NCBI RefSeq assembly: GCF_009834535.1
Contig: NC_045696.1
Location: 9,674,001 to 9,738,000, forward strand
Direction: 5' to 3'
DNA length: 64,000 bases
Origin: Camelus ferus
Taxonomy: Eukaryota
Every line of letters begins with the position of its first letter. The first letter of the stretch is position 1. A program made the translations under genes and the position numbers. The notes beneath the pieces are model-generated. The model was not told the origin of the DNA. It did no database searches and saw only the letters and a list, made by a program, of their open reading frames with translations. Positions 24,520 to 37,634 of this stretch are shown piece after piece.

Positions 24520-25720
24520 CCAATTCTTATTGAGCGTGTACTACGTATTAGGCACAGTCTTGATTTATGGTGTTGAGCATAACAGAGTGAAAAACAAAAT
24601 TCAACTGAGTACATTTCAGAGACCTTATTGACTTTATTCATTGACTCATGAGTCAGACAGCATCCAATCAAGCAGATAAAAAGGAGCTCCGAGGAGCTGT
24701 GCGAAATGAAAGGCAGAGGGAGCAGGGACAGGAAGTTATACTAGGCAAAAAAGTGAACTGGTTATTGCCCGGTTACTTTCCTTTAGAGGATGACAAGGGT
24801 CTGTCAGGCAGATCATAACTTCATGCTGACAAGGTGATTCCTTATTGACCCGTTTAAGATTCCACTTCTGGGATTGTAATTCAGTTGTCTTGGTTTGGTG
24901 ATAAACAACTCTATTGTGGGTCTCTTGTCTTGTTTTTAACAATAGATTTGGCCCTAACCCTAATGGAACTTAGAGTCTAGTAGGAGGGACACAATACAAC
25001 AATAAGTATAAAAGTATACACTCTTATACAAGGTGAAATGAAAAAGTATAATGGAGGCCTTAATTAGATAGAGGGGGGTCAGGAAAGGCCTCTCTGAGGA
25101 AGTCATCTCAAAGATGAGGGGTCCCTAGCCCCCCTAATGGAGGCTGGTTCAAGAGAAAGATTGGTGAGACAGAGCCTAGTGATAGGTAGAGCTGTGGGAG
25201 TGAGAGGTAGAGCTGGGAAGGAAACAGGAGCTAGACCACCCAGGGTCTGGAGGACATGTGAAAGACTGAGATTCTGAGTCAGGTACAGTAGGAAAGTGTT
25301 GAAGGCTTTAGGGCAGGGTTGTAAGGCGATTTGGTTTTTACTTAGAGGAGGTCATTCTGACTGCAGAGAGAAGGCTGCAAAGATCACAAACAGTCATGGG
25401 AAGGCAGGTAGGTGGCTAATGGGTGCTCCAGGTAAGAGCTACTGGTGCTGGACCTGGGGTGGGCCAGGGGGGTTGGAGAGAAATAGTCTGCAGACACACT
25501 TAAAAGGTAGAGTCAACAGACTCTGTTTGTGGTAAAGGAGAGACAGTTGCAGGGGCACCTGAGTGGATGGTGGCTCCATTTCCAAAAGGGGAATCCAGTA
25601 AAGGAGCAGGTTCAAGGGGAAGGTCAGGAGGCTGCTTTGGAAGTGCTGAGGTTGAGGAGTCCACGAGGGCCAAGCCGAGCCGGAGGCAGAGCAGGAGCTG
25701 GAGGCAGAGATGTGAGCATC
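24520..25720 (-). mobile_element. LINE-2 remnant (interrupted by the LTR at 24588-24941)
   Basis: ttattgagcgtgtactacgtattaggcacagt before the LTR. taatggaacttagagtctagtaggag and gtcaggaaaggcctctctgaggaagt after it. Confidence 0.7.
24588..24941 (-). mobile_element. Solo ERV1-like LTR nested in L2
   Basis: The reverse strand starts TGTTAAAAACAAGAC and ends TTTTTCA. Minus-strand AATAAA (tttatt near 24633). 4-bp flanks agag/atag. L2 on both sides. Confidence 0.7.
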
Positions 25721-28700
25721 CTGGGGCTCAGGAAGGAGGTCGAGGCTGCTTGCTCCATGCTGCCTAGCAGGGCTCCACATCCACTAGACAGACTAACACA
25801 TGACAGCCACAGGACCCAGGATGCTCCATTGAGTCTGCCATTCACCCAGAGGCCCCCAGAGGCCCAGTCTCAAGAAGGCTTAACAGTCACTCTGGCAACA
25901 TATTTAAAACATTGAAATCCAACCACAGACACTTCAGTTAATTGCCAAGAGGGCACCCAAAGAGTTAAATGCATAGTAAGTATCAAAATTACTTTATTTA
26001 TCCTTAAGCTTCCTCCCATATTACAGTTCACATACTCAAGTCCCAGTATAATAAAATCTGGATTAAGCTGTTGTAGAGCTTAATGGAGCCAAGTCACAAT
26101 GCCAAGTTCCAGTTAATACATTTTAAATGAAAACACACCAGCAAGATTTAGAACAAGGGTCAGGAATCATAAAATAAATACCACAAAATAATTCTCCATT
26201 GTGAAATGACGGGCGTCATGCCCCGGGAGTCTAAAATCCCTTCTGAATTCAACAGTCTTTTCACTTGGAGACAATTAGCAAACCATTGGTAGGCTCCGCT
26301 CTTACCTTAACCGGGGGGAAAGAGAAAAGCAAACTCAGGGAAGCCAGAATCTTGTCGACCTCCATCTCTAAGCTTGGCTCTAGGCAACGTCAAAATATTA
26401 TTGCTCTGGTTCAAAGGAAGACACTGATCCACCAACAACTGGGCGCAAGTAGAGGGTTAGTGCCTGGCATGAAAGAAGAACCTGGTTGTGCAAGCTTCTA
26501 GAATCTTCTAGATGCTGAATGGACTGACATCTCTGGGGATACCTTTGTTCTCTGAGGGCTGCAGGTGGTGGAGTAAATTAAAACTGTTTTCCACCCACCC
26601 TTCTAAAGTCAGTCTCCTTACGAATCCTGCCAGAGAATTCAGGTCTACTCTCAGAGAAGACAATCTCTATTACAAACATTTTTCACCATGGTGATGGTGA
26701 AGGCGGGGTCTCGCTGCCACCTGCGGGGGCTTGCCAGGTCTGCACTCACATCATCTTCCAACCTCCATAGATACACTGAGTCCTTAGCTGAAGCTGGGAC
26801 AGTGCCAGCCCCCGGAAAGGCTGAACTGCCGGGCCTTCTCTTCGGTGCTCAGAGCTCTGTGCTGTGGCAGGTAATGCCCTTCAGTCAAGCAAATGAGGGG
26901 CTGAGCCTCACACAAAAGCCAACATTTGGTCTGTCTGACATGGCGGGAGCCTCCTGGGAAGGCCTTGAGTTCTGAGTGTTTCCCATTGGGACACATCCTA
27001 GCAGAACGAGTCTCAGTTTGGGGCCACCATCCCAGGCCTCGCCCAGTTTTGCATCCCGGTTCAGACCCTCATGCCAGTGCCCACAGAGTGGTAAAAACTA
27101 AAATGCCCCCCTTGTATTTCCAAAGGCCCCACTAAAGGAGGTGGTACCACGCCCTGGTGAGAAACACTGTCAGAGAAAAACCCCAGGACAAGAGGAGTTA
27201 GGGATCCAGGACGATGTCTCCTCTCTAACCAAGTCACACCGGGGCCCTGGACAGTCAGCAGGAAACTGTTCCCAGCCTCCCTGCCCCCCAGATTAATCCA
27301 GGACATATCCCCCAAAGGTCATCTGGGTCTTTTGGTGGAACCCATGGTTTTCCCTGGCAGGCCTCTAAACTGCCTCCACGCCATTCTCACTAGCCAGCTT
27401 GTCACTGGGGTTGGTCAGCATTCCTAGGTAGCTTGGGTGGCAGGCCATGTTGTCACCTTCCCCCGATTCTCATGGGCCTTAATGACAGTATTTGACACCC
27501 AACCCCCACATCACAGCCCTTTCTCCTTACACGATGGTTGGGGACACCCATTCCTTTGCACAAGGGATGAGGAAGAGCCATTATCAGTAAATGCTCCAGT
27601 GGATTCTTAAGTTTCTTGAATGTGACGGTGCACGAACAGTTTAATTCTGTGAGCAGAGAAGCTAAAATAGTTGCTGGCTGACGTGACTGGTAGCTCAGCT
27701 CTGTGGAACAGATGCGGATGCCACTGGGCCAAGGCCCGAGTAAATGTGGCCACACATCTGAATTGAATTTTGACAAGATCCTGTTGCCAGACCCTGCTAG
27801 GTCAAAAGTAGCAATGTCTACCACAAAATGGAGGGTTTGTCCTTGAAAAAGGTGATGTCGAAGAGAGAAGTGACGACTAGCTTGTGAGCTTTATTTATAG
27901 TGCTATTAATACACTGGTCCCAAAACCACAGGAGATCCCAGGTGGTCGAGATGAATGAAGAAAGAGGACACTTTCCTGAGGGTTTGCACGTCCAAGGATT
28001 TACAAAATTCGAAGTTAACTGATGGAGACACAGAGCGGAGTCATGGCCCAGCGTGGTGACTCCATCTCACAGTCCGGCAAATGGACCGTGGCGGTTTCCA
28101 GGCCAAAATACTACTATCATTTACCCTAATTGCGTCTACTCTGAAGGGGGCCTGCGCAGGGCTGTGCGGGGCTGTAATGTCTTGTGAGACCTCTGGAAAG
28201 GCAAGCAGCTTGCAGCCACTATGTCTGGGTCAGAGCAAATAAACAGCAATCGATATCTCGGCCCAGAATATAAACCTAAACCTTCAGGGGAGTTCTTTTC
28301 CAGGGTTGGATCTCTGTTTTTCTTCATTATTTTATGTATATATAATATTTTTTCCATTTTCATGCATATTGCTACTACTGGCCGCCAGCCAGGTCTACTT
28401 AGCCAAGAGTAGGAAAACTATGGGAAAATTTAAAAAAAAAAAAAAACAGTTTTGAACTGACTAGAAACAGAGGTATATGGAATTTAGACAGTGGTTTGAC
28501 AAGAGAAAGAGAAAAAGAGGAGAGGCATGCTTTGGGGGCCAGAGTGGAGACATTGCAGAAGAATACCCAGCACTCAGGAATGAATCATAGTGGGATGGGG
28601 ATGAGGAAAAGAAAAGGAACAAGCAAGGGAAAGTCTACATTTCAAGACTGGGGTCTGGCGGGATGCTGGACCCTTTGATGGAGCTGGGGCTTCTGCACCA

Positions 28701-29479
28701 GGTTGGCGCTTTGAATCACTATCTCCACGGTCATGTTCAGATTCAAAGGAACATCACGGAAAGGGTTTGTATCAGCATTTCAACAGCTCAGACCTTTCTC
28801 CAGGATCTGCTTCCCATTCTCCAAACCCTCTGATCTCCTCTAACCTTGCAAAACTTCATCTTGCTATCTTTCCATCTAGAGTCTCCCTCCTGTCTCACCT
28901 CTGTGAATTGGTGACATTTGGGGGTATAGCCTGGCAGGCTTTGTTTTGTCATCATCTTAAAACCCATTTTCTATGATCCCTCTCCCTCGGCCATCCCATA
29001 CACACCGTGCCTTGCAACTTTTGACACGTGAAGCCCAGCTTTCCTCTGACCTAAGGTTAAGATATGCTATACACCAGGTTGACTTAAGGTTCCAGTTACC
29101 TGTGCCAGGAGGGAACAAAAGGGAAGAGAAAGGAGACAGGAAGGGGACTTATCAGGGAGAAATCGAAGTTGTTTTCATACATGGAAGTGCAAAGTGATGG
29201 TATATTTAACAGGAAATGACCAGAGGGCACTTGGAAATTGAGTTTGGAGCTCAAGAGATGGGGTTAGGGAGAAAGTTTGAGCGACAGTGGCACAAAGGTA
29301 AAAGTTGAATCCATGGTAGTGCTTTGTGTAACAATTTCCAGTCCCACCTACAAATTTGTCAACATTTACACTCACGCTCACACTATTAGCTCTCATGTCT
29401 GTATTCAAGGAAAAGGCCCCCCTAGTCATACCCTATTCCTTCTCATCTCCTTTATTACCAGCTCTTAACTTCAGTCTAC

Positions 29480-29968
29480 AAATGTGCTCAAATCTTCCTT
29501 ATCTTTAAAACAACGGCAAATTAACACATTTAAAAAAACAAAATCCTCTCCCCTGACCCTGAGTCTCCCTCCAGCTACTGCCTGCTTTGAAATGTTCTTG
29601 CCTTTCCCAAGAGGAAAAGAATTCTGCCTGGGAGGGGTAGATATTGCCTCCACTTCCTCAGTCTCATCAACTGCTCTCTCTCTGAGGTCACCCTTAATCT
29701 CCAGGTCTCCACACCCAATGGATTTTTTTCAGTCCTCATTTTATCAGACACTTCTACATTTTACATTATTGTTCCTTGGAATTCTCTGCTCCCTTGGCCT
29801 CTGTGACTCCTCTTTCTTGGTTTTCCTTATTATTTTCTGATCTTTTCTCACTGATCTTCTTCAAGATCTCCTCCTGTGGTACCATCATACTGGTATATAT
29901 TCCCCAAAGTTTTAACCTTGGTCCATCTCTCCTCTCTCTCTGAACACTCCCCATGGGTGACCTCTTTC
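29480..29968 (+). mobile_element. LINE-2 internal remnant
   Basis: Pyrimidine-rich sequence with cccttggcctctgtgac and ctgctctctctctgaggtcacc, typical of L2 ORF2-derived DNA. Confidence 0.5.
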
Positions 29969-29969
29969 A

Positions 29970-30770
29970 TAGATTTCTAATCTAATTCCATTATCATCAG
30001 AGAACACATTCTATATGATTTCATTTCTTTTAAACTATTGAAATTTGTTTTATGGCCCAGCTTATGATCTATCTTAATGGATGTTTCATATGCAAGTAAG
30101 GAGTATATATCCTATTGTCATGGGGATTTTTAAAATAAATGTCAATTATATCATATTGCTGATATGCTATTCAAGTTTTCTATATGTTTTCTGATGTTCT
30201 TCTATCGATTATAAAGAAAGGAGTATTGATGTCTTAACCTATAATTGTGAATTTCTGTTTCTCCTTTTAGATATATTGGTTTTTGCTTCATATATTTTGA
30301 AGCTTGGTTTTTGATGAATATACATTTAGGATTATTGTGTTTTCCTGATAAATTGATCATTTATTATTATAAACTCTCCCTCTTTATCACTGTTAATACT
30401 TTTTGTTCTAAAGACTCCTTTGTATGATTTTAATATAGCCAAATCACCTTCCACTGCATTAGTGTTAGCATTGTATGACTTTATCCATCCTTTTACTTTT
30501 AACCGATCTGTGTTTTTATATATAAAGAGAGTTTCTTGCAGGCAGCACATGATGTGGCCTTGCATTTTTATCCAGTGACAAGCCTTGCCTTTTAATTATG
30601 GTGTTTAGACCATTTATATTTAATTTAATTATCCATGTGGTAGAATTTCCATCTACCACCTTCCTGTTTGTTTTCTATTTGTCCTATCTGTTCTTTAAAC
30701 ATTTTTCCCCTCTTTTATTTCCTTTTTTGGATTAATTGAGAGTATTTTATGATTTATTTTATCTCTATTA
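29970..30770 (-). mobile_element. Old L1M fragment covering the ORF2 endonuclease region (degenerate)
   Basis: ORF 30332-30565(-) reads CCLQETLF..K.TDRLKVKGW...NAN.N.....AIL......F.TKSI..DKEG.FIII, the L1 APE-type endonuclease N-terminus. The frame is broken. Confidence 0.9.
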
Positions 30771-30774
30771 CTAG

Positions 30775-31420
30775 TGAGCAGTCAAAGAGATATAAATAAA
30801 ATCTGGTGAGCATGGTGTCATTAAAATTAACAAAGAAATATCTCAATAAGAAAAGTAATCAACTGTGTTGCCCTTCAGAGTTTGAATAAATATAGACAGA
30901 AAAATAACCATAGGATTGGGCAATGTGGAGATCAATCTGATGACTTTGATAGGAGCAACTATGGTGAAGTAGTGGGGTTATAAACCCAATCTAAATGGGA
31001 TACATAAAAAATAAAAGATGAATAAGAAGAGAGAGATACCATGGACAACTGAAGAAGTTTTATTGTAAAAGGGAGCAGAGAGAATGTGGTGGTGATTAGA
31101 AAAGGATGTGGCATCAACAGATATCATTTTTTAAGAAGAGAAATATAAGCACGTTTTTGAGTGCTGATGAAAATGACCCCATACAGAAAAAGAGATCAAT
31201 GTTAGAGGAGAGAAGGAGAAAAGAAAAGGAGAGAGGGCGGGTTCCATAACACAAGTGGAGAGAGTGAACGTTGGTAGGAAAACATCAATTGTCACCTGTA
31301 AAAGAAGAGGCAAATATGTGGTAGACATCAAATTAGCTGGTGATTTTTTTTTTCTAAATTCCTCTCTCTGTTCCCCATGTTCTCAAAGAGAAATAAACAG
31401 CTCATCAGCAGAGGACATGT
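30775..31420 (-). mobile_element. LINE-2 internal remnant
   Basis: gcatggtgtca..., ggattgggcaatgtggagatca...tgactttgataggagca, agaagttttattgtaaaagggagcagaga. Confidence 0.6.
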
Positions 31421-32217
31421 GGGTGTAGAAAGTGCTGTAAAAAAAGGGGGGGGGGGTTATAGATCATAGTGCTTGGAGGTAGAAGTTAGTTCCAGATGAA
31501 GGAATCAGAGAATACTTCTTGGATGTGGAATTATTCAAGCTGGGTCTTGAAAAATTGGGTAGAATTTAAGCAAGTAGACATTCATTCATTGGTAAATGTC
31601 CATGGAGAAATTATAACCACTCATGATCTGTGCCATGAACATGACAGGGTCACTGCCCTCAGGAACTTCTTGTCAAAACTGGGAAATGGTTTTCCAGGAA
31701 AAGTAAAGAATAGGAATGGGGGGGGTGAGAAATGAGGGAAAATTGGCAGGTGACAGCCAAATTACGGAAGACCATAGGGGAAAGTCTAAAAAATAAGGAG
31801 TTACTGAAGATTTTCCAGCACAAATATGAAAAGATTGATCTTTAAAATGGGCTACTCATTAGAGTTTGTCTATCTCAGGGAGGCCAGGAAGTCAGAAGGC
31901 AGAGAAGGCAGGATCTCACATCCATAAAACCTCTTAGATTGAAATTTTTGACATTATCTCCAAATGAGCTTACACATATTGCCATAGTAATACTTGCATA
32001 AAATTGAGAGAAGACAGTGTTCATCCACCTGATTTTTAACTTTTGTTCTAATATTGGTCCACACAAGCTGTAATGCCTCTGAAATTATACTTTTTGTAAA
32101 TCCTGCAATGATCTCGTGAGTGATACAATTATATTAAACTTGGATTTTTCTATTAAAAACATTAACTTTTAAAAGTAAATACCTTAAGATATTCTACCAT
32201 TTGGGGAACTTGGAGAC

Positions 32218-32243
32218 TGTGTGTGCGTGTGTGTGTGTGTGTG
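32218..32243. repeat. (TG)n microsatellite
   Basis: Directly visible. Confidence 0.9.
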
Positions 32244-33051
32244 ATATAGACCCGAATCTCTAAAAGAATGGAAGTGATAAAGACTCAACCACTGAGAGCC
32301 TCCATTTGGAAAGACAGCATTATTACCTTTCATGAATTGATAATAGGTGCCTTCTTTCTGGAGTATTTTGTGATATGCTAAGAAGCATCAGATGATCAAA
32401 CAGATGGGTAAATTATTACAGTTCTTTCATTAATGTCAACTCTGGTCTTACCATATTAGCAATGGTCACATATCGTTTCTCATTCTGCCTTTGCAGGCAC
32501 TCTGTACCAATTAATAGAATTTATTTCCAGTCCACTGACATTTTAAAAAGGTTTTCAAAGTAAACAACTTGATACAATTTAATTACAATGCTTTGAAATT
32601 CAACTATGATTAATGGAGTTAAAGAAGAATACACATTAAATTCTTGACAGACACAAAGTGATTACTAAATGAAACTGTCATGAGAAAATAAAAGATACTT
32701 ATTTGAATTTCAATTAGCACTGAGAAATGAACCCTGTAGGCAGACATAAGAACAAGCATTAAGCAATGCTGAGAGTAAGAACTCATGTCCCCAAAACTCA
32801 TGAATCCATATTCTTCATTGTTTGCCTTCTCCACAGGACCAGACTAACATGGGAACAGACTAGTTAAGCACCTATGGGGTATTTTCTGAAGAGAACTACA
32901 AATGATTCCTAAGAAAATCTCTCTCCCCATTTTTCCATCAAAGATTAGTATCTTAGGTATTACCCTGTTTTTACTTCTTTTTTAAGATCCAAATACTTCT
33001 GGGTATTTGCCAGAACTTGAGGAGATGCACTCAAATCTAAAAGAAATTAGA

Positions 33052-33766
33052 CATTAAAAAGCCCACAAACAATAAATACTGAAGAGGGAGTGGAGAAAAG
33101 AGAACCCTCCTACACTGTTGGTGGGGATGTAGTTTGGTGCAGCCACTATGGAAAACAGTATGAATATTCCTTAACAAACTAAACATAGACTTACTATATG
33201 ATCCAGCAATCCCACTCCTGGGCATATATCTGGAGGAAACTCTAATTCAGTTAGACACATGCACCCCAACATTCATAGAAGCACTATTTATAATAGCCAA
33301 GACATAGAAGCAACCTAAATGTCTATCAACAGATGATTGGGTAAAGAAGTTATGAGATATATATACATATATCATATCATAACACACAGTGGAATACTAC
33401 TCAGCCATAAAAAAGAATAAAATAATGCCATTTGCAGTGACATGGATGGACCTGGAGATTGTCATACTAAGTGAAGTAAGCCAGAAAGAGAAAGATGAAT
33501 ATCATATGATATCACTTATATGTGGAATCTTCAACAATAACACAAATGAACTTTTTAAAAAGCAGAGACAAACTCACAGACATAGAAAATAAGCTTATGG
33601 TTACCAAGGAGGGAAGGAGGGGTAGAGGGATAAACTGGACATTCAGGATTTGCAGACACTAACTACTACATATAAAATAGCTAAATAACAAGGACCTACT
33701 GTAGAGCACAGGTAACTATTTTCAATACCTTGTAATAGCCTATAATGGAAAAGAGTATGAGAAGGA

Positions 33767-33802
<36 letters not shown>

Positions 33803-33901
33803 ATAACTGAATCACTATGCTGTACACCAGAAATTAACACAACATTGTAAACTGACTGTACTTCAATAAAAATAAGTAAATATATGGGTACAAAAAGATT
33901 T

Positions 33902-33925
<24 letters not shown>
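33052..33925 (+). mobile_element. 5'-truncated lineage-specific L1 (ORF2 C-terminal region, 3'UTR, A-rich tail) with perfect 13-bp TSD
   Basis: ORF2 motifs (gatccagcaatcccactcctgggcatatatc; EYYSAIKKNKIMPFAVTWMDLE). TSD aaaagaaattaga at 33039-33051 and 33926-33938. Internal (CA)n near 33769-33800. Confidence 0.96.
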
Positions 33926-33933
<8 letters not shown>

Positions 33934-34589
33934 TTAGAACATGTCACCCAGGGTCCTGAACTTGCAGCTGGATATGGTAGCTATGTGGGCTTTATCTTGA
34001 CTCTTTTTGGGGAGAGAAGATACATAAATTTTATTAAAAGAAGGCATATTTTCAACTATAAACATGAGAAGAAGGATTGCTCTATGTGCTGAGGGACTAA
34101 GGGGTGGAATGTTGTGGACATCTGTTGTTTCTATCTGTCCAACGCCCCTATTTTCTTTGAGGAGCTGCTCCTCTTTTATACCAATCAGGTACTTACAGAT
34201 AGACGGTCAACCCCAGCAGCCCGATACCATCTCTTAGCACCTGAGAGAGCAAATGACATAGACCCTGACGATAAAGGCTTCCCAGCATTCTAACCACAAG
34301 TACTGGTGCAAGTGTAAGTCCTTCCCAGGTATTTTTCTGTTTAAGCTGGAATAAAATCATTTAGGAAGTCCGGAGATCCCAGAACAAAATGCAGAATGCA
34401 GGGATATATGGTGCTTGACCAAAGTAACTTTGTAAGTGAGTGGAGCTTGTAAGACTAAGGGCAAAGGAATGGTACGTAGGCACAGCACTGCACACTAGCT
34501 GACACAGTTGTTTCCCACAAGCGTACAGGTTCACAACTTTAAAATCACTATATATGTATCCCAGGATTGGACAGTTAAGTAAATGGACC

Positions 34590-35880
34590 ACAGATTGTGA
34601 GAGCCAGGCTTCTCACTGTTGGTGGAGGAGGTTACAGATAAGAAATGGGAAGAGGCTAGAATAATCTATGAAGTAATGGGTTAAAATTGGGGATATCAGT
34701 ATGAACTCATGTTTAGCTTAGCACAGATATTGATGGTTACTCATAGAAACGTTTATATGTGTGTATATACCAAGTTAGCACACACATGTTATCTCCTTCC
34801 TCTATCAGCTGAGAAGGCCTAGAAGCAGTGACCATCCAGATCTTAATTCATAAGAGCATTCTCCAACAAAGGAGCTATTGATCCTTGGAGAAATGGCTGA
34901 TGCTGAAACTGGGGCAGGAAATATACAAGATGATCCTGGAGCATCTCGTAGTCCCAGAAAGTAAGGAAATGCTCAAAACCCCCACAAAACCCACATTCAT
35001 GGGGCTAGGTCAAAGGGACCCAAGAGAAAACTGAAAGATCCCTCAACGGCCAAGCTGGAGCAATTTGAGCAGCAAAATTTAAAAAAATAGTAATGGAATA
35101 TATAACTCAAGTATAAAATGAATATCCATCAGCCCATAATGATATAAATAAATGATTAAATACATAAATAAATTGGGGAGAAAAAAACTGCCTGTGCAGG
35201 GGAATTTCAAATAATTTATCTAGAATGGGGTACACCCTAAGTGGGGGTTGTACACAGCAATTTCCTTCCAAAGAGGACAGCATGGAAAGGGGGACAAAGA
35301 ATAACTTTATAGTGTAGAAATATGGTAGTGTTCACGACCTCAGCCAGATGATCAAAGTTAACAAACATCACCAGGGTAAGTCATGTTGATAATATATACC
35401 CTTGATGTGATGTGATGCCAATTTCACACTTTACATCTATGGTCATCCCCGCCAAAACCCACAGCCCCAGTCCAGTCATGAGAAAAGCTTCAGACAAATC
35501 CCAACTGAGAGACATTCTAATGAAATAGCTGATCAGTTCCTCTCAAAACTGTCAAAGTCATAAAAAACAATGTCTGAGAAACTGTCACAACCAAGGGGGA
35601 GTCTGAAAAACCATAATGACTAAATGTAATGTTTGATTCTGGTTGGGATCCGAGAACAGAAAAGGAACACTGAAAACCAAGGAAGCCTGAAAAGATGTGG
35701 ACTTTAGTTAAAAATAGTACGTCAATACGTCAATACTGATTCATCAATGACAAATGTACCATATGAATGTTAGGTGTTAATGAAAGGGAAAACTGGGTGT
35801 GGGGTAGGAAGGAACTCTCTGTGCTATCTTTACAATAATTCTACCAATCTCAAAATAAGATTTGTTCTAATATAAAAAGA
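34590..35880 (+). mobile_element. Old L1 3'UTR (L1MC/L1MD-like)
   Basis: ggagaaatggctgatgctgaaactggggcaggaaatatacaagatgatcctggagcatc and ggaactctctgtgctatctttacaa...caaaataa are typical L1MC/MD 3' ends. Confidence 0.8.
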
Positions 35881-36873
35881 TCATTAAAATAAAATTAAAA
35901 GCTTACTAAAAAAATATACCCGCATCAGAGAACCAGCTCTCTCTAGAGCATCACCAGTGAATCCCTGGTTCTGGAGGTCTTGGGTCCTCTGCAGTAATTC
36001 TTGGCCACCATAGTTTCTACAGACTTCCTGCTGGCTGCCTTGGGTCCCTTGGCTCTGCGCCTTGGATCCACCTGTGGTACCCTTCTTCTCCATCCTTGGC
36101 ACTTCACAAGACCCTGCTGAGGATCCCCTTCTCCTTTGCATCATCATCTCTAGGTACAAATCAGGCATTCCAGGCAAGATGCTAGGTTAACGTGAGTCTT
36201 CATTCAATGCCACTGAACGCTTAAGAGATTCTGACCTGTAATGTCACTGCCTCCCCTCCCCTCTGCCCACTTTAGCAGGAGAAGCTGTTTGAAAGAAAAG
36301 CTACTTTCTACCTAAGACAATGAGAGAGACTTACCAAGAAGGAAGACCCAGAATATTCTGAGATCCTGAAATTCCAACAGACCCCTGACCTTCCCTTAAG
36401 GCAATGCACAAGGTCCTTAGATGCAAATATCTTTCAAATAGTTGCAAACCAACCATGCATATGGCCCATAAAACTTGTCCTGGCCCTAGCCTCGCATCCT
36501 AGAGGTCCCCCTATCTCCACTGCCTCAGCTCTCTCTACACCCCAAAGCATCAACTCAGTACTACGAAGACCTCAGGGAAAACAGGTAAAGAAGACATTAT
36601 CCAGGAGCGTGGGCAGAGGGATAAACACGTGAAGGGGGAAAAGTGCACCACTGCAAAGAAGAATCATCAAAATGAGGGTCTGAAACAGGGCCCACAGCCA
36701 CAAGTTTGCATCGGGCTGCTGCTGTGTATGGAACAAGCTGTCGCCAGGAAGCAACCGTCAGGAGAGGGTATGGGGAAATCAGAAAATATGTAAACTTGCT
36801 TCTGGAAAAAACAGTCAAGAGACACTTGGAAAAAAGCCAAAGAAAGGGTGAATAAAAGAAAAAGGAAATAGGA

Positions 36874-37351
36874 TGTATTTAGTTTCCTGTGGCCACTGGA
36901 AAAAATGACCACAAACTCGGTGTCCTAAAACAACAGGAATGAATTTTCTCATGGTTCCTGGGGGCAGAAGCCTGAAATCAAGGTGTCAACGGGGCTGTGC
37001 TCCCTCCAATGGCTTTAGGGGAGAATCCTTCCTTGCCTCTTCCGGCTTTTGGAGGCTGCAGGCATAGCTTGGCTCACGACTGCATCAACGCCACCTCTGT
37101 CTCCATCTCCTCACAGCCATCCCCTCTTCTCTGAGTCTATGTCTCCTCTTCTGCCTCTTACACGAACACTGGTTACTGAACGTGAAGCCCATCTGGGTAG
37201 TCCTGGATGATCTGACCTCCCGCTGCCTACTTTTAGTTAATTATATTGACAAAAATCCTTTTTCCAAATAAGGTCACATTTAAAGGATCTGGGACACAGA
37301 CATGTTTGGGGTAGGGAAGGGGGAGAGGGAGGTGTCACTAAAGCTACTACA
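36874..37351 (-). mobile_element. MaLR solo LTR (MLT1D-like)
   Basis: tgtatttagtttcctgtggcc...gaaatcaaggtgtc...ttccaaataaggtcacatt...ctactaca. TSD tagga/tagaa. Confidence 0.9.
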
Positions 37352-37509
37352 TAGAACTTAGGAGAAAGGGTTGAAATAACCACCTCTCTTAAGAATGAAA
37401 ATACAAATAACCCAAACGTGGCTGTAGGACATTTGATGGTGAACAGGTGTTTTCATACACTGGGCACAGCAGGACTGTGAAGCATTTGTACTTCGTTGGA
37501 TCTGAAAAA

Positions 37510-37634
37510 ATAAAGAATCCCAGGCTCCACCTGGCACTAACTGAATGAGAATCTCTAGGGATGGAGCCTGGATATCAGTATATTTCAAAGTTTCCCTGGT
37601 GATTTCAATGTGTAGCCATTGCTAAGAACCACGG
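37510..37634. mobile_element. MER5-like hAT MITE fragment
   Basis: actgaatgagaatctctagggatggagcctgg...ccctggtgatttcaatgtgtagcca...agaaccac. Confidence 0.75.

Noticed and set aside
28919..28940. ggggtatagc as the start of a tRNA or tRNA-derived SINE
   Set aside because: No A-box continuation, B-box or cloverleaf follows.
33389..33592. ORFs at 33389, 30332 and 46543 as host genes
   Set aside because: They are fragments of L1 ORF2 inside truncated, frame-broken retrotransposon copies.
5250..33870. Similar segments at 5.3, 17.2 and 33.6 kb as a segmental duplication
   Set aside because: Similarity is confined to L1 3'UTR sequence, and each copy has its own TSD and unrelated flanks, so these are independent insertions.
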